NCBI GenBank assembly: GCA_038064575.1
Contig: JBBTST010000011.1
Span: 1-59,194, forward strand
From: Patescibacteria group bacterium
GTDB lineage: Bacteria > Patescibacteriota > WWE3 > UBA101185 > 2-01-FULL-41-18
Direction: 5' to 3'
Length of the DNA stretch: 59,194 nucleotides
Numbering within the stretch: the first letter of the stretch is position 1; the number at the start of each line of letters is the position of its first letter. The notes beneath the pieces are model-generated. The model was not told the DNA's origin. It did no database searches and was given only the letters and a program-made list of their open reading frames with translations. A program made the position numbers and the translations under genes. Shown piece after piece: positions 25,525 through 35,363 of the stretch.

Positions 25525-26400
25525 TTGGATGATTTAGTACAAGCTGAAAGGCTTTCAAGAAAACTTACAATTGGTTGCGAGATTGAAATACCCTACACAG
25601 GCAGATCGCCTGCATATGGTTCCATCAAAGATTTAAAGCCTGCAAGTTATATTCATTTTGCGGAAAGTTCGAGGATTCTAAATATCCTAGACGTTCCATA
25701 TGAAACAGATAAACAAGGCGAAGCAGCTATACCTAAAACTAGAAACATAAAACTTCAACTGGCTATAATTCAGGAACTTCACCAAATGGGTTTTTTACCT
25801 CTCGATTTTGATAAACAGCATCAGTTGAATTTCACACTGCATGTCAATATAGGTATTCCTAAAGAATTAATAGATTTTCTACAAAGTACAAACTATGAGG
25901 GTACAAAAAGAAACACACCTTATGAAAGTAGGGAGAAAACATCCGATTTTGTAAAGCAAGAAGTATTACTACTCTCAACGTTGTTTGGTATTGCTTATAC
26001 CACGCCTAACAGAATAACAAAAGGTGCCTATACAATACCTGCTGAAGTAAAAGGCCATGGAGAAGATCTTAGAATTGAGTTTAGAAATCAAACTTATGTC
26101 CCAGAAAATGACAATGAAGCTCTTCTTGAAAACATGAGATTAACAACTCTAGGTTTTATGCTTGCGCTTTCACAAAATGGTAATGATGAAGTGAAAGAAG
26201 CTTATCAAGCATTTCTTAATACAACTTTTGACGACATAGAAAAAGAGCTGGGAGGGAGAACACTTAAAGGCGTACAACTTGGATTTAGCAACCATGCGGG
26301 AAAAGCTTGTGAAAATGAAACAGTAAAATCTAAAGTTGCGCTAAATATAGCCACTTTTGCAAAAATTGTTGAAAACTCAACTAAAGGTACCTACTCATAA
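25525..26400 (+). CDS. Hypothetical protein, possible glutamine-synthetase-fold carboxylate-amine ligase (amidoligase)
   Basis: Three spaced motifs, 'LTIGCEIEIPY', 'FTLHVNIGIP' and 'LRIEFRNQ', resemble the G.E.E / H.H.G / E.R pattern of GCS2/amidoligase enzymes. It has a TTG start and is coupled to the upstream ORF. Confidence 0.35.
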   Translation: MDDLVQAERLSRKLTIGCEIEIPYTGRSPAYGSIKDLKPASYIHFAESSRILNILDVPYETDKQGEAAIPKTRNIKLQLAIIQELHQMGFLPLDFDKQHQLNFTLHVNIGIPKELIDFLQSTNYEGTKRNTPYESREKTSDFVKQEVLLLSTLFGIAYTTPNRITKGAYTIPAEVKGHGEDLRIEFRNQTYVPENDNEALLENMRLTTLGFMLALSQNGNDEVKEAYQAFLNTTFDDIEKELGGRTLKGVQLGFSNHAGKACENETVKSKVALNIATFAKIVENSTKGTYS

Positions 26401-26442
26401 TTATCTAAGAGGTTTTTCAAAAACTGGTGTGCTCTACTAGTC

Positions 26443-27393
26443 TTAAAAAATCCTCTTATACTCCTCCAAAAGCTTCTTTTGCTCCCTTGAAAGCTTTTGG
26501 GGAATTTTAATTAAAGCTCTAACATACAGATCACCGCGACCTGAAGCTCTTAGGTGGGGCATGCCTTTGCCTTTAATTCTAAATTCTGTATCGGGTTGAG
26601 TTCCTGAAGGAATCTTTAGTTTGGTTGTTGATTCGCCTGTAGAAGAAGATGGCTCCACAACAGGTATTTCTACCTCACCCCCCAGTGCGGCATCAACAAA
26701 ATTCACTTCTTTAACAAGATAACAATCATCTCCATGTCTTTGGAAAATTTTATGAGGTTGAACTCTTAAATGAAGTATCAAATCTCCGGGAGGAGTGTTG
26801 GCATCAGGACCCGGTTCGCCAAGACCCTCAAATCTGAGTTGATTACCATCCCTGATACCTGAGGGTATCTTAACTTTGATTTTCTTTCCGCTAATTGAAA
26901 CCTCCTCCTCTCTACCCCGCACGCTGTCCGCAAAGGTTATCACCATCTCATATTGAAGAGTCTTGCCTTTTCTTTGCCTTCTTCCCCCTCCAAAATCTCT
27001 AAAACCAAATACCTGCTCAAAAATATCCATGGGATCAAAATCTTCTCCCAAACCTCCAGCCCCAAAAGGCGAGCCTCCCTTGGAACCTTGGGAAGTGTAG
27101 GTATAAGTAAACGGCCCCCACTGACCAGACTGGGAACCACCAAAAGGTCCCTGCCCACCAAAGCCCGCCCCAGGCTGTGCAGTTCCATAAGTGTCATACA
27201 TCTTCTTCTTTTCCGAATCGGACAAAACCTGATAGGCCTCGTTTATTTCCTTAAACTTTGCCTCAGCCTGCGCTTTGTCTTTTGCAACGTCAGGATGAAA
27301 CTCCTTTGCAAGGCGCTTGTACGCCTGTTTAATATCCTCTGAAGAAGCGTTTTTTGAAAGTCCCAGTATATCGTAATAATCTTTTTTAGCCAT
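26443..27393 (-). CDS. dnaJ: DnaJ-family co-chaperone lacking the zinc-finger domain (class B/CbpA-like)
   Basis: J domain 'KDYYDILGLSKNASSEDIKQAYKRLAKEFHPD', a G/F-rich region and C-terminal substrate-binding domains. No CxxCxGxG repeats are present. The start is set at the ATG at 27393; the track ORF carries a 54-aa spurious extension. Confidence 0.85.
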   Translation of the reverse strand: MAKKDYYDILGLSKNASSEDIKQAYKRLAKEFHPDVAKDKAQAEAKFKEINEAYQVLSDSEKKKMYDTYGTAQPGAGFGGQGPFGGSQSGQWGPFTYTYTSQGSKGGSPFGAGGLGEDFDPMDIFEQVFGFRDFGGGRRQRKGKTLQYEMVITFADSVRGREEEVSISGKKIKVKIPSGIRDGNQLRFEGLGEPGPDANTPPGDLILHLRVQPHKIFQRHGDDCYLVKEVNFVDAALGGEVEIPVVEPSSSTGESTTKLKIPSGTQPDTEFRIKGKGMPHLRASGRGDLYVRALIKIPQKLSREQKKLLEEYKRIF

Positions 27394-27569
27394 AGTGGAT
27401 GGTATTTTACCAGATAATTTGAGTTTAATGAGTACTTCCTGGTTTGTGTTGAGGGAGTGGTAGAATGAACTGAAATGAACATCAAAATAAAAGCCTTCAA
27501 AATTCCTAAAAACCACTGAATTACGCCCAAGAACTCTACTCCTTAGTAGAACCAAAGATCATTTACCAC

Positions 27570-29483
27570 CTATTCAACAACTTCCCCCTCGACCGGACCT
27601 GTGGAGGGTTCTCCCCCACCTGACGGGCCTTGATTACCGCTCGGACCGCTTTGTGGACCGGTATCCGGACCAGTTTGAGTTCCCGGCTGGCCTTGACCAT
27701 ACATATGTTGACCAATCTTCTGCAAGCTCAAGGATAAATCTTGGGTTTTGGCTTTCAAGTCTTCTACGGAAGCTGTTGCCAATACGTCACGGATTGCTTT
27801 TACTTTACCTTCAATTTCACTCTTCAGCTCAACAGGAACTTTATCACCTGCATCTCTCAAAGACTTCTCAGCTGTATAGCATAAATTGTCTGCAAGGTTA
27901 CGGGCTTCCACCTGCTCTTTACGCTTGGAGTCTTCGCTTGCATGAGCTGTGGCCTCCTTGACCATCCTATCAACCTCATCTTTACTCAAACCCGTTCCGC
28001 CTTGAATTGTTATGTGTTGCTCTTTGTTTGTAGCCTTGTCTTTGGCTTTAACATTTAAAATTCCGTTGGCATCAATATCAAATGTAACTTCAACCTGAGG
28101 GACGCCCCGGGGCGCGGGTGGGATACCATCTAAAATAAAGCGCCCTAAAGATTTGTTATCAGAAGCAAATTCACGCTCCCCCTGCAAAACATTTATCTCA
28201 ACACTTGTTTGATTATCAGCTGCAGTGGAAAACACTTGAGAAGCAGATGTTGGAATTGTGGTATTTCTCTTAATCAACGGCGTACTTACGCCACCCAAAG
28301 TTTCAAGCCCAAAAGTCAAAGGAGTAACATCCAAAAGCAAAATGTCTTTAACTTCACCTCCAAGAACACCTCCCTGAATTGCTGCACCAATGGCAACAAC
28401 TTCATCCGGGTTAACTCCCATGTGAGGCTCTTTCTTAAAGTAAGTTTTGACTGTCTCAACAACTTTGGGCATTCTGGTCATACCACCAACCAACACAACC
28501 TCATTAACCTGGTTTATAGTTACCCCAGCATCTTTTAACGCGTTATCAATGGGTTTAATTGTTCTTTGAATTAAGCGGTCAACAAGAGCCTCAAGTTTTG
28601 CGCGCGTTAATTTGAGCTGTAGGTGTTTGGGCCCGGACGAATCCGCCGTAATAAACGGGATATTAACTTCTGTTTCCATAACGGAGGATAATTCAATTTT
28701 TGCTTTCTCCGCGGCGTCTTTTAAGCGTTGCAAAGCCTGTTTATCAGCTGATAAATCAACTCCCTGTTCTTTTTTAAATTCTTCAATCAAGAAACTTATC
28801 AAAACCTGATCAAAGTCGTCCCCTCCAAGGTGTGTGTCACCATTTGTTGATTTAACTTCAAAGACACCATCGCCAATTTCCAGAATTGAAACGTCAAAAG
28901 TTCCGCCGCCAAGATCATAAACACAAATTCTTTCATTCTTCTTTTTATCAAGGCCATAAGCTAAAGCTGCAGCTGTAGGTTCATTGATTATTCTTTTGAC
29001 TTCAAGCCCCGCAATTTGTCCAGCCTCTTTTGTGGCATTTCTCTGTGAATCATCAAAGTACGCGGGCACTGTAATTACTGCCTCAGTTACACTCTGGCCT
29101 AGGAAAGCCTCCGCATCAGCTTTAAGCTTTGACAGAATTTTGGCGGATATCTCCTGGGGTGTGTAGGCTGTACCTTCAACCTCAACACAGGCAAGCCCAC
29201 CTCTACCTTCTACTATGCTGTAAGGGCTTTTTTTGATAAGCGACTGAACCTCTGGATCAGAAAACCTGCGGCCCATTAATCTCTTAATAGAAAAAATTGT
29301 GTTTTTTGGATTTACTATCTGCTGTCTTTTAGCCGGAACACCCACAAGATTTTTAATAGGGTCTACAATAGAAGGCGTTGTATTGCCTCCTTCCCTGTTT
29401 GGCATTACCTTTGGAGCACCCCCCTCCATAACAGCCATACATGAGTTTGTAGTACCAAGATCAATACCTATAATTTTTCCCAT
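27570..29483 (-). CDS. dnaK: Molecular chaperone DnaK (Hsp70)
   Basis: '[13 protein letters not shown]', '[10 protein letters not shown]' and '[10 protein letters not shown]', with a typical 637-aa length. Confidence 0.97.
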   Translation of the reverse strand: MGKIIGIDLGTTNSCMAVMEGGAPKVMPNREGGNTTPSIVDPIKNLVGVPAKRQQIVNPKNTIFSIKRLMGRRFSDPEVQSLIKKSPYSIVEGRGGLACVEVEGTAYTPQEISAKILSKLKADAEAFLGQSVTEAVITVPAYFDDSQRNATKEAGQIAGLEVKRIINEPTAAALAYGLDKKKNERICVYDLGGGTFDVSILEIGDGVFEVKSTNGDTHLGGDDFDQVLISFLIEEFKKEQGVDLSADKQALQRLKDAAEKAKIELSSVMETEVNIPFITADSSGPKHLQLKLTRAKLEALVDRLIQRTIKPIDNALKDAGVTINQVNEVVLVGGMTRMPKVVETVKTYFKKEPHMGVNPDEVVAIGAAIQGGVLGGEVKDILLLDVTPLTFGLETLGGVSTPLIKRNTTIPTSASQVFSTAADNQTSVEINVLQGEREFASDNKSLGRFILDGIPPAPRGVPQVEVTFDIDANGILNVKAKDKATNKEQHITIQGGTGLSKDEVDRMVKEATAHASEDSKRKEQVEARNLADNLCYTAEKSLRDAGDKVPVELKSEIEGKVKAIRDVLATASVEDLKAKTQDLSLSLQKIGQHMYGQGQPGTQTGPDTGPQSGPSGNQGPSGGGEPSTGPVEGEVVE

Positions 29484-29500
29484 ATAATACCTCCTTAAAT

Positions 29501-29944
29501 TTAACCCTTATTTTTTGAAACAATAACACGTGCCGGTCTTAACACTTTATCAAAAAATTTGAAACCTTTTAAAATAACTTTCACAACTTTGTCTTCCTCA
29601 CCCTCAACAATTTCCGTGGCTTCCATAAGTTCCGGATTAAAAGTTCCCCCTTCCACCAAAATCTCTTCAACTCCCGCGTCTTTAAGTATAGTTCTAAACT
29701 CCTTAGCAGTCATTTCAAGACCGGTGTCAGTAAGATGACTACACACACTCTCAAGATTATCAAGTATTGGAAGAAGCCTTTCAAGTAAAAGCGCATTTGA
29801 AAACTTGACAATAACTTCTCTTTCCTCAGAAAATCGCCTTTCAAGATTTTTATAATCCGCTAAAGCTCTTTTCCAGCAAGTTTCAAGCTCCTCAATTTTC
29901 AAATCTTTCTCATCTTTAGTTGTTACATCATTAGTATCAGACAT
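29501..29944 (-). CDS. grpE: Nucleotide exchange factor GrpE
   Basis: It sits between hrcA and dnaK, and carries 'ADYKNLERR' and a beta-domain C-terminus ending '[10 protein letters not shown]'. Confidence 0.85.
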   Translation of the reverse strand: MSDTNDVTTKDEKDLKIEELETCWKRALADYKNLERRFSEEREVIVKFSNALLLERLLPILDNLESVCSHLTDTGLEMTAKEFRTILKDAGVEEILVEGGTFNPELMEATEIVEGEEDKVVKVILKGFKFFDKVLRPARVIVSKNKG

Positions 29945-29971
29945 AAATAATCTTAATTTTGCAATTTGAAA

Positions 29972-30697
29972 TTACCAAGTTGCACCAAGCTCTTCTATTT
30001 GGCTTTTAATAAACCTCACTGCCGGAACCACTGTTGAATATTCCATTCTTGAGGGACCTAACACACTCACCACTCCAGATCTTCTTCCTGCGTCAAACTT
30101 TGAATACACCAGACAACATGTATTTAGGTTTGGAAGAGCCATCTCCTCCCCTATTGTAACCATAACCTCATGCGCTACCCTACCTTTTTCAAAAACATTA
30201 TGTAGTATATCGTGGCTGTCAATAAGGTGAAGTGCAGCCTTAGCCACATCAATATCCCAAAACTCGGGAGATTCTAAAACGTTTACGCTTCCAGAATGAA
30301 AGAGATGTCCATCATTTGTTGTGGTTACAGCTATTTGCTTTGTAACATCCGCCAGGGCAAGGGAAGCCTGTCTTAACAGTTTTTCAAATTCAAAGCGGGC
30401 GGGCCAGAGTCTTTGCTTCATTGCAACTTCCTGCAAAATAGGAAGTTCCGCCTCATGCATAATTTCATCTACATAAAGCCTAAACCCCATTGTTGTTGGA
30501 ACTCTACCGGATGATGTGTGGCGCATTTCAAGAAAGCCTTTCCTGATTAAATCCGCCATTTCATTTCTAACCGTGGCTGGAGATACTTTAAGATTGTATT
30601 TGCCAACTAGCTTCTGAGAACCAACCGGTTCAGTGGATTTTGTATACTCCTCAACAATCGCTTTAAGTAGTTCAATCTGTCTTTGTGATAAATCCAT
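29972..30697 (-). CDS. hrcA: Heat-inducible transcription repressor HrcA (short, ~241 aa)
   Basis: Winged-helix N-terminus 'RQIELLKAIVEEYTKSTEPVGSQKLV...VSPATVRNEMADL'. The start is at the ATG at 30697. Confidence 0.8.
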   Translation of the reverse strand: MDLSQRQIELLKAIVEEYTKSTEPVGSQKLVGKYNLKVSPATVRNEMADLIRKGFLEMRHTSSGRVPTTMGFRLYVDEIMHEAELPILQEVAMKQRLWPARFEFEKLLRQASLALADVTKQIAVTTTNDGHLFHSGSVNVLESPEFWDIDVAKAALHLIDSHDILHNVFEKGRVAHEVMVTIGEEMALPNLNTCCLVYSKFDAGRRSGVVSVLGPSRMEYSTVVPAVRFIKSQIEELGATW

Positions 30698-30759
30698 AGG
30701 CAGGCTGCGCCGGGCAATAAGGGCAGCAAATTTTTGCAATCAAATACTTTTAATATCTA

Positions 30760-30786
30760 TTATCAGTTTTAAAACTTGAGTGCCAG
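30760..30786 (-). promoter_or_regulatory. Degenerate CIRCE-like inverted repeat upstream of hrcA
   Basis: TTATCAGTT-N9-GAGTGCCAG compared with the CIRCE consensus TTAGCACTC-N9-GAGTGCTAA (6/9 and 7/9 matches). On the minus strand a TTGACA (30789-30794) lies immediately upstream. Confidence 0.3.
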
Positions 30787-30817
30787 ATTGTCAATGGTTT
30801 TGTTGAAATAAAAAAAC

Positions 30818-32638
30818 TTATTTGTAACCCTCTGCCTGAAGATTAAAAAGCTCTGCATATCTGCCATTTAGCTCCAATAACTCTTTATGCGACCCGCTTT
30901 CTGTTATCCCACCGTCTTCAAGGACCAATATTTTATTGGCAAGTCTGACAGTTGAAAATCGGTGAGATATAAGAATTGTAATTTTTCCCTCAACAAGCTC
31001 CCTAAACCTTTTGAAAATCTCATATTCCGCCTTAGCATCAAGCGCAGCTGTTGGCTCATCCAAAATCAACAGTGAGCAATCTCTAATAAAAGCGCGTGAC
31101 AAGGCAATTTTTTGCCATTGTCCTCCGGAAACATCAATTCCATTTTCAAACCAAGTACCCAGTATTGATTCATACTTATCTTGTAAAGTTTCTATGAAAA
31201 TATTTACCCCGGATTTTTCCGCAGCTTTTTTTATCTCTTCCATATTTTCAAGTTTCTCAATCTGTCCGAATGCTATATTTTCCCGGGCAGTGAGATAATA
31301 TTGTAAAAAATCCTGAAAAACTGTTCCCATTGATCTCCATAAAGAGTCAAGGGTATATTCTTTTATGTCTACGCCATTTATTAAGATAGAGCCACTACTA
31401 ACCTCATACAACCTCATCATAAGCTTGATTAGAGTTGTTTTCCCGGCACCGTTTTGACCAACCAGCGCAACGTTTTCATTTTCTTTTATTTCAAAAGAAA
31501 CATCTTTCAAAATATATGGCAATTCCTCTCTATACTTAAAAGAAACGTTTTCAAACTTAATTGAATCTATAGATTTTAGCTCTAGTGCCCCTTCTTTGGT
31601 TAAAATCTTTGGTTTGAGCCTAATAAAGGCATTAAAGTCATCAATATACAAAGCACTTCTATAAAGATTGTTAAAATAGCGCAGCATACGCTTTAGCGTT
31701 TCTGAAGTTTTGCCAAAAGATTGAATGTATAAAGTTAAATCACCAATTGTTAACTTTCCAGCAATAGTTTTTAAAATAACCCAAAAATAAAAGGAATAAT
31801 AAGCAAGATCAGACACAAAAGTGGTCATGAAAGCCCCGGAAAATTGCCTCTTGGCAATTTTTGAAGTTTCATAAATAACTTTATTTAAAAAGGTTTCATA
31901 CTTTCCCAAAAAGTAACCACCAAGATTAAAAAGCTTAACCTCCTTAATAGACTGCTTGTATGAAACAAGGTCAGCAAGATAGGCGGCTTTCCTTCCCTCG
32001 GGAATAAGAGAATTACTAAGATCATGGGTGACCATAGAATACCCCATTCCCCAAACAAGTATAGGAAGATTGATAATTACTATCACAGGTAGGAGAAGAT
32101 AATTTATCTCAATTAATATTACAGAAACAGAGATGAAAGTAACTACAAGCCCAAACAAGTCAACGGCGTCAAAAAAGGCGCTAGGGAGGTACACATCTAT
32201 GCTTTTTCTGGCTTTTTCAAATTTATTATAAAACTCCGGATTTTCAAAATGTTCCATATCAAGCCTTAAACTTTGTTTCATAAACTGGATTTGTGCGTAT
32301 TTAGCAAGTTCTGCCCATAGCCTTGAGTGAGTGAAAAACTCAATACTAATTAAAACGTTCTGAAAAGTTACAAGTACCAAAGCTAGCAGTAATAAGGAAA
32401 TTAAATAGCTTGATAGTCCTTCTTTGTTTTGTGCAAGATTTATAACCTCGTCGATTATTGATTTACTTACCAGTATTTCAAAAACCGGAACCAGAGAATT
32501 CAAAAACCTTGAAACAATCAAAAAAAATGAGGGCCAGAAAGAAGCCTTAAGAGCCAAGTTCATTGAGTTGAAAACAGTTCTTAAAATTTGTATGTAATCC
32601 CCAAGATTTTTTGCCTTTTGATTACTAGTATCAATCAT
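30818..32638 (-). CDS. ABC transporter, fused permease/ATPase (MsbA/exporter type)
   Basis: Six N-terminal TM helices, Walker A 'GQNGAGKTT', signature 'VSGGQWQK' and Walker B 'LLILDEPT'. Confidence 0.85.
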   Translation of the reverse strand: MIDTSNQKAKNLGDYIQILRTVFNSMNLALKASFWPSFFLIVSRFLNSLVPVFEILVSKSIIDEVINLAQNKEGLSSYLISLLLLALVLVTFQNVLISIEFFTHSRLWAELAKYAQIQFMKQSLRLDMEHFENPEFYNKFEKARKSIDVYLPSAFFDAVDLFGLVVTFISVSVILIEINYLLLPVIVIINLPILVWGMGYSMVTHDLSNSLIPEGRKAAYLADLVSYKQSIKEVKLFNLGGYFLGKYETFLNKVIYETSKIAKRQFSGAFMTTFVSDLAYYSFYFWVILKTIAGKLTIGDLTLYIQSFGKTSETLKRMLRYFNNLYRSALYIDDFNAFIRLKPKILTKEGALELKSIDSIKFENVSFKYREELPYILKDVSFEIKENENVALVGQNGAGKTTLIKLMMRLYEVSSGSILINGVDIKEYTLDSLWRSMGTVFQDFLQYYLTARENIAFGQIEKLENMEEIKKAAEKSGVNIFIETLQDKYESILGTWFENGIDVSGGQWQKIALSRAFIRDCSLLILDEPTAALDAKAEYEIFKRFRELVEGKITILISHRFSTVRLANKILVLEDGGITESGSHKELLELNGRYAELFNLQAEGYK

Positions 32639-32775
32639 ACCTAGTAATCATAGCTTAAGAAGAACTGATTTTCACAGATTTGCTGAGGGTGCAGATATAT
32701 TACCTTGTTTAAACCTATAAAAAAATTAATATGGGTGAAATCTAAAAATACTACTTGAAAAGGAGAAAAATAAAA

Positions 32776-33180
32776 ATGGCACAACAAGACCTGCAAGCAA
32801 TGCTACTCGGAATCCTGATCTTTTTTGCCTATTCAATGATTGTCTTTGCTTCTAAGGCCTTCTTGATTAGAGCGCAAAAGCCTCGGCAGGCTTCCAGACT
32901 TTTTCTAACATGGATTGTATCTGCGTGGATTGGTTTATTGATCTACACACTACGATTTAATGTTTACCTTCAGGAGGGAGGGATAGTCTGGAAAATCCTT
33001 GGGCTATATGTTGGACTTGCTCTACTAACAGCATCCTTAGTTTTAATGGCTTTAGTAGTTTACATGCCCAAAAAATATTACTACACACAAGGGAGGAAAG
33101 TTAAGATTATGGGAATTATTAGTTTTGCTCTGGGAATACTGGGAGGCTTAGTTTCAGTTATTACCTTGCTCACAGTCTAA
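32776..33180 (+). CDS. Hypothetical four-helix membrane protein
   Basis: An ATG preceded by AAAGGAG and followed by a terminator. The track ORF begins at an upstream TTG (32755). Confidence 0.5.
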   Translation: MAQQDLQAMLLGILIFFAYSMIVFASKAFLIRAQKPRQASRLFLTWIVSAWIGLLIYTLRFNVYLQEGGIVWKILGLYVGLALLTASLVLMALVVYMPKKYYYTQGRKVKIMGIISFALGILGGLVSVITLLTV

Positions 33181-33186
33181 ACTTAA

Positions 33187-33222
33187 AAAAGGGGGTCCTG
33201 AAAACCTACGATCCCCTTTTTT
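33187..33222 (+). terminator. Rho-independent terminator
   Basis: Stem AAAAGGGGGTC / GATCCCCTTTT (one G-U pair) followed by a T-run, directly after the stop at 33180. Confidence 0.6.
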
Positions 33223-33254
33223 ACAGAAGGTGCATATATGATACCATCCAACAT

Positions 33255-33701
33255 ATGAAATGTATTATATGTAAATCAGAAAATATAATAGTCACTGTTT
33301 CAAAACCCACACATCAAAACACGAGTGTAAGAAGACGTAGAAAATGTCTTGCCTGTGGCTACAAGTTCACAACTTATGAGGAAGCTGATAAATCCTATTT
33401 GAAAGTAATCAAAAGAGATAAAACATTAGAACCGTTTAACAAAACCAAATTGCTTGCTGGAATCACAAAAAGCTTTGCTAACTTAGATTTGCCTTTAGAA
33501 AAACAGAATTTAATAGCGGATAGTATTGAGAGAAATATATATCTTTCCGGTAAAGAGAAAATAAAAAGCACTTTCATAGGTGAGGAAATTTTAAAAAAAT
33601 TAAGAACAACAAATGAAGTTGCTTATGTTAGATTTGCTTCAGTTTACTTTAAATTTAGAAGCGTTGACGAATTTAACAAATTAATCACAACTCTTAAATA
33701 A
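33255..33701 (+). CDS. nrdR: Transcriptional repressor NrdR (zinc ribbon plus ATP-cone)
   Basis: 'MKCIICKS...RRRRKCLACGYKFTTYE' followed by an ATP-cone region. Confidence 0.9.
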   Translation: MKCIICKSENIIVTVSKPTHQNTSVRRRRKCLACGYKFTTYEEADKSYLKVIKRDKTLEPFNKTKLLAGITKSFANLDLPLEKQNLIADSIERNIYLSGKEKIKSTFIGEEILKKLRTTNEVAYVRFASVYFKFRSVDEFNKLITTLK

Positions 33702-33734
33702 ACCTTGAAACAACAGGCATGAGATAATGGTTAA

Positions 33735-34598
33735 GTGACACACCAAGACTTAAGACAATCTGACATGTGGTCTGACTATTTAGAGTTATATTGTTGGAAA
33801 TCTCTAAAAACTGCAAATGGAGTAGTGATCAGAATAATTAGGGTACTGTGTTTTAATGTTGCCAAAATTCAAAGACCTTCACCCTTGTCTCAAAAAGATA
33901 TTGAGGAAATAAAAATGCTTTGCAGAAAGAAGCATGTAGTGTACTTGGTAATTGAACCTTCTCTAAATCAAGACTTGCAATTACTAAAAAAAGACGGTTT
34001 TAGAGAAACAAAAAGCCCTTATTTACCTCCTAAAACCACAATTATTGACCTGACTAAGGATATAAATGCCTTGTGGAATACCTTGAGCAAAACTGCAAGA
34101 AATTCCATAAAAAAAGCGGAAAGGGATAATATTAAAATTGATATAATACAATTTCCAAACCAGGAGGCTCTAAGGCGCTTCCATATTGAAGCAAAAAAAA
34201 CAGGAAAACAAAAAGGATTCTATGTGCAAGGCTTCTCAGATATCTTAAAAAAATCCCAGATTTTTGGTAATAATTCCTTCCTCATCAACTCTTATACAAA
34301 AGAGGGTTTTCTGGCCAATTCAAACTTCTACTTAGCTTACCAAAAAAAGGTTTGGTTCATGCACGCCGCAACAACAAAAGAAGGAAGAAAATCCAACTCC
34401 GGTTATAAACTTATGTGGCAGGCAATAAACTACTTTAAAAGCATGGGTTTTGAAAAGTTGGATTTGGAAGGAATCAAAGATAATAGATTTCCTGAATATA
34501 CAAAAAAATGGGGTGGCATCACAAGCTTCAAACAAAAATTTGGCGGAGAAATTGTGGAATTTCCCCCATCCATGATTAAATATATAATCCCTTTATGA
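33735..34598 (+). CDS. FemAB/FemX-like peptidoglycan bridge-forming aminoacyltransferase (GNAT fold), tentative
   Basis: Pattern similarity in the N-terminal region and in 'MHAATTKEGRKSNSGYKLMWQAINYFKSMGFEKLDLEGI'. It has a GTG start, and its TGA overlaps the trmD ATG. Confidence 0.45.
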   Translation: MTHQDLRQSDMWSDYLELYCWKSLKTANGVVIRIIRVLCFNVAKIQRPSPLSQKDIEEIKMLCRKKHVVYLVIEPSLNQDLQLLKKDGFRETKSPYLPPKTTIIDLTKDINALWNTLSKTARNSIKKAERDNIKIDIIQFPNQEALRRFHIEAKKTGKQKGFYVQGFSDILKKSQIFGNNSFLINSYTKEGFLANSNFYLAYQKKVWFMHAATTKEGRKSNSGYKLMWQAINYFKSMGFEKLDLEGIKDNRFPEYTKKWGGITSFKQKFGGEIVEFPPSMIKYIIPL

Positions 34599-35290
34599 CA
34601 TTTAAAATAATCACACTTTTCCCTTCCCTTTTTGATAGTGTATTCAGCCAGTCTATAATAAAAAGAGCTATAGAAAAAAAGCTGATAGAAATAAAACTTA
34701 TAAATCTAAGAGATTTTGCACTGGATAGCTATGGCACTGTTGATGATAAGCCCTACGGAGGGGGTACAGGAATGCTTCTTATGGCCGAGCCTATTTTCAA
34801 AGCATTAAGAAGTTTAGATGTGGAGCCACTAAAATCAAAAAGAACCAAAGATGATTCAAAAATTTTACTCACAACACCAAGAGGTCATCAGTTAAATCAG
34901 GCAAAAATAAGAGATTTTTCTCATCTTTCTGAACTTATTATTATTTGCGGAAGATATGAGGGCGTTGATGAGAGGATACATAAGTTTGTCTGTGATGAAG
35001 AAGTTTCAGTTGGAGATTATGTTTTAACCGGCGGAGAAATTCCGGCAATGGTTATAGTAGATTCAATTACAAGGCTTCTTGAAGGGGTTTTAGCAAAGAA
35101 GGACGCAACAACAAAAGAATCCTTTTCTGAAAACCTACTTGAGTACCCTCAATACACCAGGCCCGAGAATTTTGAAGGACTAGAAGTTCCCAAAATCCTG
35201 CTCTCAGGAAACCATAAAGAAATAGAAAACTGGCAGTTTAATGAAGCTAAAAAAGTGACTTCTCAAAAAAGACCTGACCTAGTAACTTAG
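34595..35290 (+). CDS. trmD: tRNA (guanine37-N1)-methyltransferase TrmD
   Basis: 'IITLFPSLF', 'DDKPYGGGTGMLL' and 'CGRYEGVDERI'. Confidence 0.9.
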   Translation: MTFKIITLFPSLFDSVFSQSIIKRAIEKKLIEIKLINLRDFALDSYGTVDDKPYGGGTGMLLMAEPIFKALRSLDVEPLKSKRTKDDSKILLTTPRGHQLNQAKIRDFSHLSELIIICGRYEGVDERIHKFVCDEEVSVGDYVLTGGEIPAMVIVDSITRLLEGVLAKKDATTKESFSENLLEYPQYTRPENFEGLEVPKILLSGNHKEIENWQFNEAKKVTSQKRPDLVT

Positions 35291-35363
35291 GATTTTAGTG
35301 CCATCGTTTCCTCAAACTAGTTTGTATTTGAATAAGTAGTGCTAATGGGTCTACAATAGTAGG

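Noticed and set aside
27394-27555. N-terminal ORF extensions of dnaJ (27394-27555), hrcA (30698-30739), the helicase (51091-51159), the PPIase (54767-54802), rpsO (12379-12399), the AOR-like gene (46840-46926) and asnB (7295-7375)
   Set aside because: In each case a downstream ATG reproduces the canonical family N-terminus: the J-domain 'KDYYDILG', HrcA 'MDLSQRQ', asnB 'MCGIVG' and so on. The extensions come from the longest-ORF rule combined with alternative start codons.
33233-33240. CATATATG palindrome just upstream of nrdR as a possible NrdR box
   Set aside because: The C-to-G spacing (7 nt) does not fit the 16-bp NrdR-box consensus as I recall it. It is more likely part of an AT-rich -10 region.
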